DNA of 64,000 bases from the human T2T-CHM13v2.0 reference genome, Homo sapiens (GCF_009914755.1 NC_060942.1), one strand, 5' to 3'; positions 1-14,427 are shown, counted from the stretch's first letter. A program made the numbers and translations. Notes: generated from the letters alone by a model not told the origin.

Positions 1-225
1 GCACTCCTGATACCCTTCCTTTGTTTATTTTTCCTCATGGTACTTTTTACCATTTGACATTAGTTTATGTTTTTATTTTCTAATTGGTTTATTGTTTATC
101 TCTCCTACTATGATGTAAAATTTATGAATAAAGGGACTGTTTTCTTTTTCTTACTGCTACATCTTCAGTTATAGAACAGCATTTAACACATAGTAAGTAT
201 TCTATAAAAAGCTTATTTAATTAAC
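1..225 (+). mobile_element. L2 LINE 3' end fragment
   Basis: Degenerate L2 tail: tgtaaaatttatgaataaagggactg...acacatagtaagtattctataaa. Confidence 0.6.
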
Positions 226-799
226 GTGGGATGAGGCTGAACCAGAAGAATGAAGTGGATACATTCACCTATAATAGGAAAATGGGGCTAAACTCAGTAA
301 GACCAACATATTCAATGTTTCAACCAAGGACGGATGTGGTCAGCCTCAGGAATAAAATTGACAAAGCTTGCCCTCTTCAGTTAAAAATTCCAGGCAATAC
401 TCTAACATATATATAGCTCTTCCCTAGATCTTTTCAACATCTCTAATTTCTAAGCTGTGCTCAACACGCTGAAGCCTACCCTCTCTTGTCTTCCCTGGTG
501 TGTCCTACTGATGATCCTTGAGATCTCTTATAAGTTGCCTGATACCTCTAAGCTCTTCATTGATTAAAAAAAAAGGAATATTTATAGACTCTAACTTACA
601 AGTTGGCGGTTGGTGACAGAATGAAATGAGATAATATATGCTAAATATTAGCACATTGTTGGCCAAAAGTGAAGCTAAGTATTACAATCTCTCTTTGCTC
701 CCCCTTCTCTCACATAGTGAAAAATAGGATGTAGTTCAGTGTTTTTCTGACTACCTAATTAAAGCAACAATGAAAGTATTAACAATTATCGTAGTGCTA

Positions 800-990
800 A
801 TCACAAATTATTGATCATATATTATGTGAAAGGGGCAGATACATGATATCTCAAATATCACCCAGAAAATATTTGCAGATTAGCATTATTGGCCTAATTT
901 CATGATAAGTAAATTGAATGCTGGAGAAGTTTAATTCCTTGTTCAAAGCTATAAGTTGGTAATTAGACAAATAAGTATTTCAACATAACA
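800..990 (-). mobile_element. MIR fragment
   Basis: Antisense MIR core: cattattggcctaatttcatgataagtaaattgaatgctggagaagtttaattccttgttcaaagc. Confidence 0.55.
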
Positions 991-1564
991 AAAGATTCCA
1001 TATTTCTTTTATTAAATTTAATAGGGTAGCAACATTTCAAAAGAAAATCAGGATACAGACATTTGTACTATTTGAATTTTCAAAATTCTTTCACAATAAT
1101 TTCTTTATTTAATAATACATCACCATATCACCTTTCTCCACTGATAAACAAAATATATAGTCAGAGTAGTTTAAATGTTAGCCATCTCTCTCTCAAGCTA
1201 AACCTTAGAAAGGGGCTAAACTTACAGAACCCAAAAGAAAAGTGAAAACAATGACTTGGGAGATAATATGAATTAGCTTACTGCAGAGAAGACTTTTTTA
1301 AACATCAAAAAGTGAATTAAAAACTGCAGCTCTTATACAACTTTGCTCCAATTTTATTAGATTGCTTGATCTTTTATATATTAGATGACAGTAAGGCCTA
1401 AAGGAGTATATCGAGGGTACTAAATAAAAAGGAAAAAAACCCAGTCTGATAATGATTAACAAATGAATTTTCCTTTGCCTGAGCAGCTCTTATCTCCAAA
1501 GATCTCCCAAGTTAGGGTCTCTTACTCTTTCCCCACATGTCATATCCCTATCCCAATTTCATCA

Positions 1565-2570
1565 CAGATGAGATGATTAGTATAACTAAAAGACAGGCCA
1601 AAAGAAATTATCCAATTGGAATAATAGAAGGAATAAGGTTTGAAAATACTAACCAAATGGTATAACATGCATGTAACTGTATAGCTGGAATGGGAAGATT
1701 GGGAAAAAGGGACAGACAATATTTGAATTAAAAAACCTGAAAATTTCCCGAATTTGGTGGAAAACATTAACTTATGGATCCAAAAACTAAATGAATTTCA
1801 AACATAATAAATACAAAGAAAACCACAGCTAGCACAAGAGTCAAACTTCTGACACCACAAATAAAGAGAAAACCTTGAAACGAGACAAAAATAAAGGACA
1901 CCTTACATATAAGGGAACAATGACAAAAATAATAGCTGATGTCTCATCAGAAATAATAGAGGTCAGAATAAATTTAAATGACAGTTAAAGTGCTGAAAAT
2001 TAAACTATCAACCCTAAATTCAATAGCCAAAAACCACATGCTTCAAAAATGAAGGCAAAACAAAAATATTTTTGCATGAACAAATGTGAACAAAGTTCAA
2101 TGCCATTAGACCTGCATTGTAAGAAAGACTAAGGGAAGTTTTCCAGGCTGAGAGAAAACGACGAAAATTAAAATCTCAGATCCTCAGGAAGGAATAATAA
2201 GCACAAATGATGGTAAATGTGTAATAAATATCCAACCAAAGAATTATTTAATGTAGGCATTGCTATATTGGATTTTAGAGTTTATATCATATATAAATGT
2301 AAAATTTATGAAAACAATAGCAGAAGGGTGGATGTATATAAATTTCTCATTTTGAAATTCTGCATTTTATGTAAAAATACAATATTAACTCCAATTAAAC
2401 TGCGATACCTTAAAAAGACACACTGTAATCTCTAGTTACTACTAAAAATTATTAAAAGATAAGTGATAAGCTATTCAAGAAATTATATAATTACTTTTAA
2501 AATTATTAGTACCAAATAAAGCAGCAAATAAGGAAGAGAACAAAAAAATAAGAAATAGAAAACACAGGTA
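1565..2570 (+). mobile_element. Ancient L1M fragment (ORF1 middle/C-terminal part and inter-ORF region)
   Basis: ORF1-like text: gaaaatttcccgaatttggtggaaaacattaac, aaagagaaaaccttgaaa, gctgatgtctcatcagaaataatagaggtcagaa; no intact ORF. Confidence 0.75.
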
Positions 2571-2577
2571 ATTAACT

Positions 2578-3850
2578 GGTGATCTATCTCTAATTCGCCG
2601 TTAAGCACATTCAGTAAACCTTTTATTATAGGTAATGTTTTTCTGTTCTTTAATATACAATTAATTCTTGTTTAAAGCCTCCATTTCTGTACTGATATCC
2701 CCCATCTATTCACTCATTAGAATCTCTTTTCCTTTAAATTCTTGATCATATTTAAAATGGTTGTCTTAAAGTCCTTGTTAATTCCAGTATCTGGGTCATT
2801 CTAGGGTCTGATTTTATTGATAACTTCTGCTCTTGGCTATGTGACAAATTTCTCTTTTTCTTTGCATATCTAATAACTTTTTATTTTATTCTAGGCAGGA
2901 TTGAAGAGTTTCCAGGTTTTGAAAAAAATATTACTATAAAAAGTGTTAATTTTTGCTCTAGAAGTCAGGTCAATTTCTGGCTGAATGCACTTAACTTTTG
3001 GAGGCTCAGTTTTATGTTCTATTGAATATGACTGTGAAAAGCCTGAGCTGTTCCCCAAGCCTTTCTATCTTACCAAGACTTTATCCTCAAGTCTATCTCT
3101 CTGTCATGGCAGTGGCAGAAACATCTGATGAAAATTTTTACTTTTCTATCTATTGTTTTCCATCACACTTCTTGAAGTCTCTCCCATGCGTGCTTACTGG
3201 TCATCTTAACACCGTAGAAGCTTGGCTTTGTAATTTGAGAGCATATTGCAGTTTTGCCCCTTATGAATTATTTAGCACCATATTCTTTGGAATATAGTCT
3301 TTACTTCTAAGATGTGGTTTTCTTGAGGTTTCAATTTAAAGCCCTAAGTGTTTTCCAAGTCTCTTTATTTTGCTAGAACTCAAACTCCAAATTTTATATC
3401 CCTATGATAAGCAGCTGTTGAAACTCTGAAAAATAGCTAGAGAGTTCTTCTAATGATCTCACAGGGCGAGATCATTGAAATCTCATCCTGTTTAAGTTAG
3501 AGGCCAGCAAGATTATATACAGACATGAACGAAGTTTCCCTGCCATAGGGAAACGAATCTCCCCTAGAATCTCTCCTTCCTAGGATCTCCCCAGATCAAT
3601 TTCCAGGCACTCTAGCAATCTCAGACTCCATCCTCTGATCCTCAGGACAATGGGACTGTCATTTTCTGCTTGATCTCTATCTGCAATGCTACACGCAAAC
3701 TTAAAAATTCCCTCAGAGGGATAAAAAAAATATAAATACAGTTTCACCCACTGTGATTACCTTCTTTTAGTGATGGAATCTCCTCTAGTTTCCTCCTCTT
3801 TTTCACCATTCCCCATACCTCAAATAGTTACCATTTGCATTTTATTTAAA
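2578..3850 (-). mobile_element. Ancient L1M fragment (5'UTR and ORF1 N-terminal part), opposite strand
   Basis: Reverse complement of 2580-2900 resembles the L1 ORF1 coiled-coil region; the boundary near 3850 is approximate. Confidence 0.6.
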
Positions 3851-4059
3851 GTTTTATCAGGCTTACTGGAAGCTACAGACCTGAGAATTCTTCAAATGCT
3901 CTATTTTGATCATCTCAGTCTGTGCCAAGTTATCCCATTTTCTAGAGGAGAGTTCCACAGTTGCTTTTATTACATATTATCTGTAGCTTCAAGGAGCAAC
4001 TCTCAATAAATTTTCTTACTTGGCACACTCCTAGGAGAGTCACTTTCCATCAAAGCGCT

Positions 4060-5110
4060 AATCATGGCCTGGTGACTTTACCATATGGGGACCCTACTAC
4101 CATTCTTGAATTCAACTACTATACTTTCCCCCTTACTTTCTCTGCTTTAGTCACAGACACTTATTATTATTCCTTAAACATAAAGCAAAGTACGTAGGCT
4201 TTTGAACTTAATCCATCTTCATAAAACCATCTTCTGCCAGATATCCATGTGTTTCACCTTCACACTTCATTTAGGTCTTTATTCAAATGTCACCTTCTCA
4301 GGGAGGCTTCCCTGACCTCCTATTTAAATTGCAACTTTTTCATCATTCCCTGTTTTTTCTTTCCTTATATTTATTGCTATATACATAGAATTTGTTATTG
4401 ACTTGCCATGTAAAGTGGTGCAGGAACAGTATCCCAAAATATGGCACCTTAAAAATTGAGAAAACAGCAGTAACAGGAAGGCCACTCTAACCTTCTACAT
4501 CTCCTTTCTCCCCTGAAGCAGACTAGAAACTAGAATTGCCCCATCACTTCTTCCCTAAAGCAGTAGAACCCTGGAAGGTCACTCTCTGACCTTCTCCCTT
4601 TCTTCTCCTCTAAAGACCCTCATGTGACAGGTACCCTGCCATAAAGAAAGAAATGTCACACAGAAACAGAGGAGAATCTCAGCAAACATGCCTTACTCAG
4701 TTCTCCCTAGTTTATTACCATTAGATGATGCCCTTTGTCCTCAAAGTGTACTTCTCTTCACTCTTTATCAGACCTAAGTTTGATATCAAACCTTATCAAA
4801 CCTAAGTTGTAAAAATACAACTTTCCTCATTTCTTTGGGTCATCATTTCTAAAGGTTCCCATATCATGTAAACGTTTATTAAATAAATTTATGTGCTTTT
4901 CGCTTGTTATTCTGTCTTTTGTTATGATGGTCTCAGCCATGAACTTTACAATGGGTGAGAAAAATACATTATGTTTTCTCCCCTACACGTTTGTCTTATC
5001 TATACTCCTACTAGAATGTAAATTCCATGAGGGAAGGGGTTTGCGCCCATTTTGCTCACTGCTTTTCCCCAGTCTGGTTTTCCCCGGCACTGAGTGTTAA
5101 ACAAATGAAC
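4060..5110 (+). mobile_element. L2a fragment split by an LTR
   Basis: aggtctttattcaaatgtcaccttctcagggaggcttccctgacc before the LTR; ctagaatgtaaattccatgagggaagg after it. Confidence 0.7.
4409..4987 (+). mobile_element. MER34/MER39-like solo LTR (ERV1, MER4 group)
   Basis: TG...CA termini, cccaaaatatggcac near the 5' end, aataaa, ends atgggtgagaaaaa...ttttctcccctaca. Confidence 0.75.
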
Positions 5111-5636
5111 AATGTAATTTAGTTTTCTCTCTGACTTATTGAATATCTTCCTTTTTAGATTTGTATGTTACTTTGTCACCCTGTCTCATCTGGTAACATG
5201 AAATTTTCATCTGTTTTCCTAGTTTTCTTTAATAAGTGGTTAAGATCGAGACTATCTCCTTTTTATATAGGTCTAGTTTATCTGTTAAGATTGCAAGTCT
5301 CCCATTAAGTAAGTAGGTCTTTTGTTTCATTTCTTGATATTTTCCCTATCTAGCTTCTGCTATTTGTGAAACATTATATTTCTGTACTGTTTCTGTAGTA
5401 AGTCAAAGTAAGCTTTCAGGATGTAGCAGAAAATATATGTGTATAGAAACCCAGATAAACATGATATGCAAACTGAATTACTTTGGGGACAAAAAACAAA
5501 AGCAGATTAAAATGTATTAAACAGAAATGAAACAGTTAAAAATTTTTATGTTAGAGCTAGACTATATGCATTCATATCCCAATTCATCTACCTACTACTT
5601 CTGTGATTTGGGGGAAGTTACTTAAGTCTCCTACAC

Positions 5637-5915
5637 TTTTTTCTTGACAGCAGGTTTTGCCTGGACTTCCAGTGGCACTATCATGGCTCACTGTAGCCTT
5701 GACTTCCCAGGCTCAAGTGATCTTCTCTCCTCAGACACCCAGGTAGCTGGGAGTACAGGCACACCAACACACCTGGCTAATTTTTTAATGTTTTTTGTAG
5801 AGATGAAGCCTTACTATGTTGCCTTGGGTGGTCTTGAACTCCTGGCCTAAAGCAATACTCCCATCTAGGTCTTCCAAAGTGCTGGCATTACAAGTGTGAG
5901 CCACTGCACCTTGCC
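5637..5915 (-). mobile_element. AluJ within a MIR
   Basis: Diverged antisense Alu (tcatggctcactgtagccttgacttcccaggctcaag...gtgagccactgcacc); MIR sequence on both sides. Confidence 0.9.
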
Positions 5916-6293
5916 ACTTAAACTATAATGATATCTACTTCATATGGTTGTCATCTAGCTTGAATTCATGTAAAATACTGAGAATAGTGACAGACAGATG
6001 AACACTAAATACGTGCTAGCTATCATTACATAGCCTAGAATTACGTGCCTCATAAATGACCGAGTCATGGGAATGTGGGTCTGATTTAGCATCCAGGTAG
6101 CAGAAAGAGTCTGTTTGGGAAGCTTCCACTACCAGCACTGTCTGATACCCTTACAAAAGAGATATGTTGTGCATTTGCAAAGAGAACCCCATTAGGAGGG
6201 TTGAATTAAAACAGAGAAAGCAAATAAAGCCTTAAAGATGAGATGTACAGGAGCAATTGGTGAAGTATTTTACCAGGAACTGCAAAATTTATA

Positions 6294-8346
6294 GTAGTCC
6301 TAGCCAGAGCAATCAGATAAGAGAAAGAAATAAAGTGCTTCCAAATCAGTAAAGAGGCAGTCGAACTGTTACTTTAAACTCATATGTTCATATACCTAGA
6401 AAATCCTAAAGACTTCTCCAAAAAGCTCCTAGGTTGGATAAATGCATTTAGTAAAGCTTCAGGATACAAAATCAGTATAAGCAAATCAGTAGCACTGCTA
6501 TACACAAACAATGACCAAGGTGAGAAACAAATCAAAAACGAAATCCCTTTTACAACAGCTGCAAAAAAATAAAATAAAATCCTTAAGAATATAACTAACT
6601 ACTGAGAAGAAAGTTCGCTACAAGAAAAACTACAAAACACTGCTGAAAGAAATCATAGAAATTACAAACAAATGGAAACACATCCCACGCTCATGAATGG
6701 GTAGAATCAATATTGCGAAAATGACCATACTGCCAAAAGCGGTCTACAAACTCAGCACAATTCCCATCAAAATACCATCATCATTCTTTGTAGAACTAGA
6801 AAAAAAAATCCTAAAATTCATATGGAACCAAAAAAGAGCCCACATAGCCAAAGCAAGACTATGCAAAAAGAACAAACCTGGGGGCATCACATTACCTGAC
6901 TTCAAACTATAGTACAAGATTATAGTTACCAAAACAGCATGGTACTGGTATAAAAATAGGCATGTATACCAATGTAACAGGATAGAGAACCCAGAAATAA
7001 AGCCAAATACTTACAGCCATCAGATCTTCAACAAAGCAAACAAAAACATAAAGTGGGGAAAGGACACCCTATTCAACAAATGGTGCTGGGATGATTGGCA
7101 AACTACATGTAGAAGAATGAAGATGGATCCTCATCTGTCACCTTATGCAAAAATCAACTCAAGATGGACCAAAGACTAAAATCCAAGACCTGAAACCATA
7201 AAAATTCTAAAAGATAACATCGTAAAAACCCTCCTAGACATTGGCTTAGGTAAAGAGCTCATGATCAAGAACCCAAAAGCAAATGCAACAACAACAAAAA
7301 ATAAATAGATGGGACCTAATTAAACTAAAAATCTTCTGTGCAGAAAAAAAAAAAATCAGCAGAGTAAATAGGCAACCCACAGAATGAGCGTTAATATTCA
7401 CAAACTATGTATCCAACAAAGGACTAATATCCAGAATCCACAAAGAACTCAAACAAATCAGCAAGAAAAAAAAATAATCACATCAAAAAGTGAGCAAAGA
7501 ACATGAATAGACAATTCTCAAAAGAAGATATACAAAAGGTCAATGAATATATGAAAAAATGCTCAGCAGCACTAATTATCAGAGTAATGCAAATTAAAAC
7601 CACAATGAGATACCACCTTACTCCTGCAAGAATGGCCATAATTTTTTAAAACATCAAAACATAATAGATGTTGGCATGGATGTGATGAAAAGGGAACACT
7701 TTTGCAATGCTGGTGGGAATGCAAACTAGTACAATCACTATGGAGAATGGTTTGGAGATTTCTTAAAGGACTGAAAGTAAAACTACCATTTGATCCAGCA
7801 ATCCCACTACTGGGTACCTACCCAGAGGAAAAGAAATCATTGTATGAAAAAGACACTGCACACACATGTCTATAGCAGCACAATTCACAATTGCAAAAAC
7901 GTGGAACCAGCCTAAATGCTCATCAACCAACGAGTGGATAAAGAAAATGTGAGATATATAAATATATATATGAATACTACTCAGCTGTAAAAAGGAATAA
8001 AATAATGACATTCACAGTAATGTGAATAGAGTTTGAGACCCTTATTCTAAGTGAAGTAACTCAGGAATGAAACATCAAACATTGTACACTCTCATTTATA
8101 AGTGAGAGCTAAACTATGAGGACACAAAAGCATAAGAATGATATAATAGACTTTGGGGACTCTTGGGGAAGGGTAGAAGGGGGATGAGGGATAAAATACT
8201 AGACATTGAGTGCAGTGTGAAGGGTGCACCAAAATCTCAGAAATTACTACTAAATAACTTATGCATGTAACCAAACACCATCTGTTCCCCAAAAACTGTT
8301 GAATTAATTTTAAAATAATTAATTAATTAAAAATTAAATAAAAAAA
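6294..8346 (+). mobile_element. 5'-truncated L1PB (L1PB1-like): ORF2 3' part and 3'UTR
   Basis: ORF2 remnants ([34 protein letters not shown]), L1PB-type 3'UTR, A-rich tail, approximate TSD aaaatttatagta/aaaacttacagta. Confidence 0.92.
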
Positions 8347-8497
8347 CTTACAGTAAATTACCTTGAACTGAGAAACCAAGTAAAGTGGGAAAGTAAGGGA
8401 AGCTGACTGGAATGGTCAAAGAAATTGACATTGATTCTCAATCTGAAAAGCTCTATACATCTTAAAGTGCTAAAACTGTTCCCAAGTAATGGAAACA

Positions 8498-11123
8498 CCA
8501 GCATACTTCTAAGATATTGTGGGTTCAGTTCCAAAGCAATAAAGCAAAAGTTCAGACCACAGCAATAAAGCAAATGTCACAAAAAAATGAGTCACACACA
8601 TTTTTTTGGCTTCCCAGTGTGTATAAAAGTTGTATTTACAGTATACTACAGTCAATTAAGTATGCAATTACATTGTGTAAAAAGACAATGTACATACCTT
8701 AATGCTAAAAAAAAAAAAAAGATGCTAACAATCATCTGAGCCCTTAGAGAGTCATAATCTTTTTGCAGGTAGAGGGTCTTGTCTAGATGTGGATGGCTGC
8801 TGACTGATCAGGGTGGTGGTTGCTGAAAGCTGGAGTGGCTGTGGCAATTTCTTTTTTTGTGTTTTTAGGCAGGGTCTCACTCTGTTGCCTAGGTTGGAGT
8901 GCAGTGGTGTGATCATGGCTCACTGCAGCCTTAAACTCCTGGCTTCAAGTCATCCTCCCACCTTAGCCTCCCAAGTAGGTACACATCACCATGCCAGGCT
9001 AACTTATTTTTAATTTTGTGGGGAATAAAGATGAGGTCTTGATATGTTGCCCAGGCTGGCAATTTTTAAAAATAGACAACAATGAAGTATGCTGCATCCA
9101 TCGATTCTTCCTTTCATGAAAGATTTATCTGTAGTATGTGATATTATTTGATAGCATTTTATCAACAGTAGAACTTATTTCAAAATTGAATTCAATCTTC
9201 TCAAACCCTGCCACTACGTTTTATCAACCAAGTATGTACTAGTCTAAATCCTTTGTTGTCATCAACAATGTTCACAGCATCTTCACCAGAAGTAGATCCC
9301 ATCTCAAGAAACCATTTTTCTTTGCTCATCCATAAGAAGCAAGTCCTCATCCATTCAAGTTTGATCATTAGTTTGCAACAATTCAGTCACATCTTCAGCT
9401 TCCACTCCTAATTCTAGTTCTCTTGCTATTTCCACCATATCTGTAGTGACTACTGAAGGAAGTCTTCAGCCCTTCAAAGTCATCCATGAGGACTGGAATC
9501 AACTTCTTCCAAATTTCTGCTCATGTTGAGATTTTTACCTCCTTCCATAAATCACAAATGTCCTTAATGACATCTAGGATGGTGAATCCTTTCCAGAAGG
9601 TTTTTAATTTGCTTCTCTCAGATCCACCAGAGAAATTACTATCTATAGCCACAATAGCCTTACACAATGTGTTTTTTCAACAGTAATATTTGAAAGTAAA
9701 AATTACTCCTTGATTCATGAGCTGCAGAATGTATGTTGTGTCAGCAGGCATTAAAACAACATTCATCTCCTGTATTGCTCCATCAGAGCTCTGGAATGAC
9801 CAGCTGTATTTCAATGATCAGTAATATTTTGAGAATAAATCTTTTTTTCTGAGCAGTGGGTCTCAACAGTAGGATTAAAATATTCAGTTAATCATGGTAT
9901 AAGCAGATATGCTGTCATCCAGGCTTTTCAGTTCCACTGATAAAGCACAGGCAGAGACAATGTAGCGAAATTCTAAAGGGCCTTAGTATTTTCCAAATGG
10001 CAAATAAGCTGTAGTAGTTAAAGTCGCCAGCTGTAGTAGGACCTAACAAGAGAGTCAGCCTGTCCTCTGACGCTTTGAAGCCAGGTATTGACTTCTCCTT
10101 TCTAGCTATGAAAGGTCTAGAGGGCATCTTTTTCCAAAACGAGGCTGTTTTGTCTACACTGAAAATCTGCTGTTTAGAGTAGTCACCTTCATTAATGGTC
10201 TCAGCTAGATTTGAATAACTGGCTACAGTTTCTCCATCCGCAGTTTCTGCTTCACTTGTGCTTTCATGTTATGGAGGTGGATCCTTTCCTTAAACCTCAT
10301 AAACCAAGCTCTACTAGCTTCAAACTCTTCTTCTGCAGCTTCCTTACCTCTCTCAGCTTTCATATAATTGAAGAGAGTGAAGGACTTTGTCTGGATTAGT
10401 CTTTGGCTTAAGAGAATGTTGAAGCTGCTTTGATCCAGACGACTCAGACTTTCTCCACAGCAGCAATAAGGCTGTTCTATTTTCTTATCATTCTTGTGTT
10501 CCCTGGAGTAGCACTTTTCATTTCCTCCATGAACTTTTCCTTTACATTCTCAATGTGGCCCCAAGACTGTCTGGGGCCAGAAACCTAACTTTTGGCCTAT
10601 CTCAATTTTTAACATGCTTCCCTCAATATGCTTAATTATTTCTGGCTTTTGCTTTAAAGTGAGAGACATGCAACTCTTCTTCTACTCCAACACTCAAAAT
10701 CCACCGTAGGGGTATTCATTGACCTAATTTCAATATTGTTGTATCTCCAGGAATAGAAAGGCCCAAGAGAAGGGAGCGAAGTGGGGAAATGCCTGGTCAT
10801 TGGAGAAGTCAGAATACACATAGCATTTTCAATTAAGTTCACTGTCTTATATGGGTGTGACTTGTCACACCTCAAAACAATGATAATAGTAATATCAAAG
10901 ATCACTGATCACAGCTCACCGTAACAGATAAAATAATAATGAAAAATTTGAAACATTGTGAGAATTACCAAAATGTGATACAGATACAGAAACAGAACAC
11001 ATACTGCTGGAAAAAAAATAGTGCTGACAGACTTGCTCTAAGTAGGGTTGCCACAAACTTAAATTGGTAAAAAAAAAAAAAAAAAATGGTCTCTGTGAAG
11101 TGCAATAAAATGAGATGTGCCCA
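8498..11123 (-). mobile_element. Tigger1 (TcMar/pogo), near full length, decayed transposase
   Basis: Both termini recognisable; minus ORF 9915-10127 [29 protein letters not shown] matches the Tigger1 DDE region; about 2.4 kb without the Alu. Confidence 0.93.
8851..9056 (-). mobile_element. 5'-truncated AluJ inside Tigger1
   Basis: Alu right arm plus part of left arm; TSD tggcaattt at 8842-8850 and 9057-9065. Confidence 0.9.
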
Positions 11124-11569
11124 TAGTTAACATTCAGGGATCCATCCACATAGTATACTACTTCTGATGAAACAAACAAAAGAGGTGGCAATTTGAGGAG
11201 AAAGTTATCACAAAGGTGAAGGTGTCATGACAAATGAGTCAAGGGCAGATGGGTGTTAATGAATTACCTAAATGCAAAAGTTAGGAGGACAAAAGTTGTA
11301 CTTAAACATTTATGAAGTCAATTAGAAGTAAAAGAAACAAAACCATCTCAGAAACCTTAAGGCATGATTACAAACACTAAATATTTGAGAAATAGACTAA
11401 AACTAGGGGCTTAATTTTATGAATCACTGCAGTTCAAGGCTTCTGGAAAATAGGGATATTTAATTTTTTATATCAAACCACAAATCTTTTTCCACCATTC
11501 CTTCCACATTTCCTATCATCCTTTGCCCTAAAATCCCCAAGATCTTCATGCTGCTTTACTTCTCTACAG

Positions 11570-11861
11570 CAGGGGTGGCCCACCCTGGGAGGGGTCCGTG
11601 GCCTGTTAGGACTTGACTACACAGCAGGAGGTAAGCTATGCCTCCTGTCAGATCAGCAACAGTGTTAGATTCACGCAGGAGCATGAACTCTATTGTGAAC
11701 TGCGTGTGTGAGGGATCTAGGTTGCACACTCCTTATGAGAAGCTAATGATAAATGTAATACTCTTGAATAATTCTGAAACCATCCCCCCTGCCAGCCCAT
11801 CTGTGGAAAAATTGTCTTCCATGAAACCAGTCCATGGTGCCAAGAAGGTTGGGGACCACCG
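11570..11861 (+). mobile_element. MER1B-like hAT-Charlie MITE
   Basis: caggggt...ggttggggaccaccg termini; 8-bp TSD ctctacag/ctctatag. Confidence 0.9.
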
Positions 11862-12441
11862 CTCTATAGGACATCCTGCTGACACCCAGAAAAGTTCCAC
11901 AAGTTTATTTTCCCTCTCCATCTCTCCCAATATAAGACCTTGATCTCACTAGATAGTAAGAAGATACTAGCAGGTAAACAAATGCTCCCTAAGCTAAGCT
12001 CCCTGTATGTGTCAGTACCTAGGAATGGTCTCCAGTATTGACAGCTACATGAGAATCAACAGAAAGAGTAAAACTAAGTCTTCCTAAGTAAGATTTCCCA
12101 CTCTCATATAAGACCACACAGGCCTTTATATGATAAGATCAGCCAGATGCTAAGGCAATCCTGAGCATTTTGTTATCCAAATGTGCTTTTTTAGGAAGCA
12201 TGTGTTAGAAATTCATTTCTCTAACCTTCTAACTCGATCACTTTGTAAAATATAAGCATTACCCAAATGGCAGTTGTATTCACAGATGTAGGCCTGCACT
12301 ATGTTTCTGAGGAAAAGCCAAGAATTTGGAATTTCTCTGCATTTTTAATGTTACCGAATATTTCCTGTAGTAGAAAATTTCATTTAATGTATATAGATAA
12401 AATTTGGGTGTTATAAAAGTGGGAGAGATATTACTTTATGT

Positions 12442-12923
12442 TGTAGGGGAGAAAAAGTAATATATTTTCCTCAGCCATTGCAAGATGGATGGCTGTCATC
12501 CCTGTAATAAAAGAGAGATTAACAAGAAAGAAAGGCAACAAATTGATTAACCAAAGTTCTACGTGACGTAGGAGCTGTCAGAAATGAAGTCCGAAACACC
12601 CATGGAAAACTGCAGTTTTATGCTTCAGTTTGATGAACACTGGACAGTGATGTATGTAGAAGTGTGATTGGACGAAGTTGGTATGGTATAAACAAACTGG
12701 GAGGAACTTTGCAATTTCTGTTTGTTCAATTTTTCTGTGTGTCTTTATGTCTTCATTCCTTTCCTCTGGGTATAGGGCAGGGCATGTGTCACAAGAGGAT
12801 CCTCAGGGGAGAAGGGAGGGAGAATTCTTTTCATGTCCCCATGCAGAAAGGCAAAGGAGGTTAGTGATCTTCTGCTCAGGCCAATGTGACATACTTTGGG
12901 ATACAGCGTTCTGAGCCCTGACA
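12442..12923 (-). mobile_element. MER34/MER39-like solo LTR
   Basis: tgtaggggagaaaaagtaata...ctgagccctgaca; reverse-complement homologue of the 4409 LTR. Confidence 0.75.
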
Positions 12924-14216
12924 CTAGACTGTACACATTGTTTTGTACAAAGAGATGAGACTTAGACAGTATAACCTCTACTCACGCAGCTCATAAGTCA
13001 TGGAACCAGACTTTCTGGGTCTAGGGATTCCTGTCCAGGTGCTTTACATACCTCTCACTGGTGTATCTAGAGATGTTTTTGAGGGTGGTCAGGCAGAAAC
13101 TCCAAAAGGCACATCTCTTAAGGACTAAGATTTGTGTACTCTCAGCTGTGGGAACACTGCCCCCGGAGTCGTCTGAGGACTCAGCCTATGCCCTCCCTGT
13201 GCTGTGTCTCATTGACAGCTGTTATTCCTCCCAGGGAACTCTCTCATTACAAACCCCAACTAACTGCCAGGAGGTGGAACTGGACTAAGAAACCTACGAT
13301 CTTCTTTGCGCCTCTTCAAAATAAGGATTAAGGCAATGTTTCATTACCATTTTCTTATATCCAAGTTCCATCCTACCTCAGCACCACTTAAAACTCTCTC
13401 CAACTTGTGCTCTTTCCTTCAAGCAGCTCACATCACTCTCATTCTGTAAACAGAGGTTTTATAATAATAAAACGTACTAGTCTCACATAAATATGCATGA
13501 AAACTGCCACTGTTCCACAACATCTGGTGCCCACATCTGCCTTAAATTTCTCTTCTAGAAACTAGCGTCAGAGCTCCTCTCTCCCTTGCATTCTGACTTA
13601 ATGACAGATTTGCAAATTATTAAGGAAACAAATTATATAACACTTCAAGTAGCTAGTGTGACAGGATCTGAAACATTCTAGGCATGCATGTATCTGTTTC
13701 ACTTCATTTCTTCTTTGGAGAATAATTTCTATTGTGACTCCTTTAAGTTTTTGACAATTAGTTAGCTAGGAAACACATTTTCTGGAGTATCCTCAATTTT
13801 TAAGCTAAGTTTCAGGAATAGAGTCAGAAATACTATGTCTTCTCTGGAGACGATGCCATATGCTCCATGTGCTCTTGGTGACACTCGGATGCTTATGCTT
13901 TGACCCAGAGAATTTACCCTTTCCACTGTCTGCTTTGCCACAGCCTTTGAGCAGATGAAAATCAAGCTCTGATTTCCTTGTTTTTGTACATTAGGTCCAG
14001 GCTTTCGGGAAGCTCTGATAAAACACTAGAGAAAGCTCTCTGACGACCAAAATTAGTCTGCCACCCAAAATAACATGCTCTCTGCCACCCCTTGCCATAA
14101 TGCAGCAGTGTTAAGAGAAGGTTAAAGGGAGAGAGAGTGGGAGGGGACGGGAGCTTGGGGCAGCTGAAATAAAAGCTATAATGTCTCTGGATTTGCTTAT
14201 TTGACGCTAACCTTAC

Positions 14217-14427
14217 CTGCCACTAGCTTCAAATTGGACATGCCATTTGAGTAACATAATGACGAGTTACCAACCCACTCCAAACACTGATTCTTAGGAA
14301 GGCGTACCTTCTTTTTTTCTTTCTGCCCTTCAGCATATGTAAGCTTTCTTAAAGAGACGTCCAGTCTGGTGGCACACCTTTAATCATCCGTACGCCAATC
14401 ATTCTCTCTGGTTCCTGCCAGATGCCC
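14217..14427 (-). ncRNA. Candidate non-coding exon (minus strand)
   Basis: Acceptor tctatttcag|G at 14427; donors AAG|gtacgc (14308) or CAG|gtaagg (14217); stops in all three frames; unique sequence. Confidence 0.25.
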
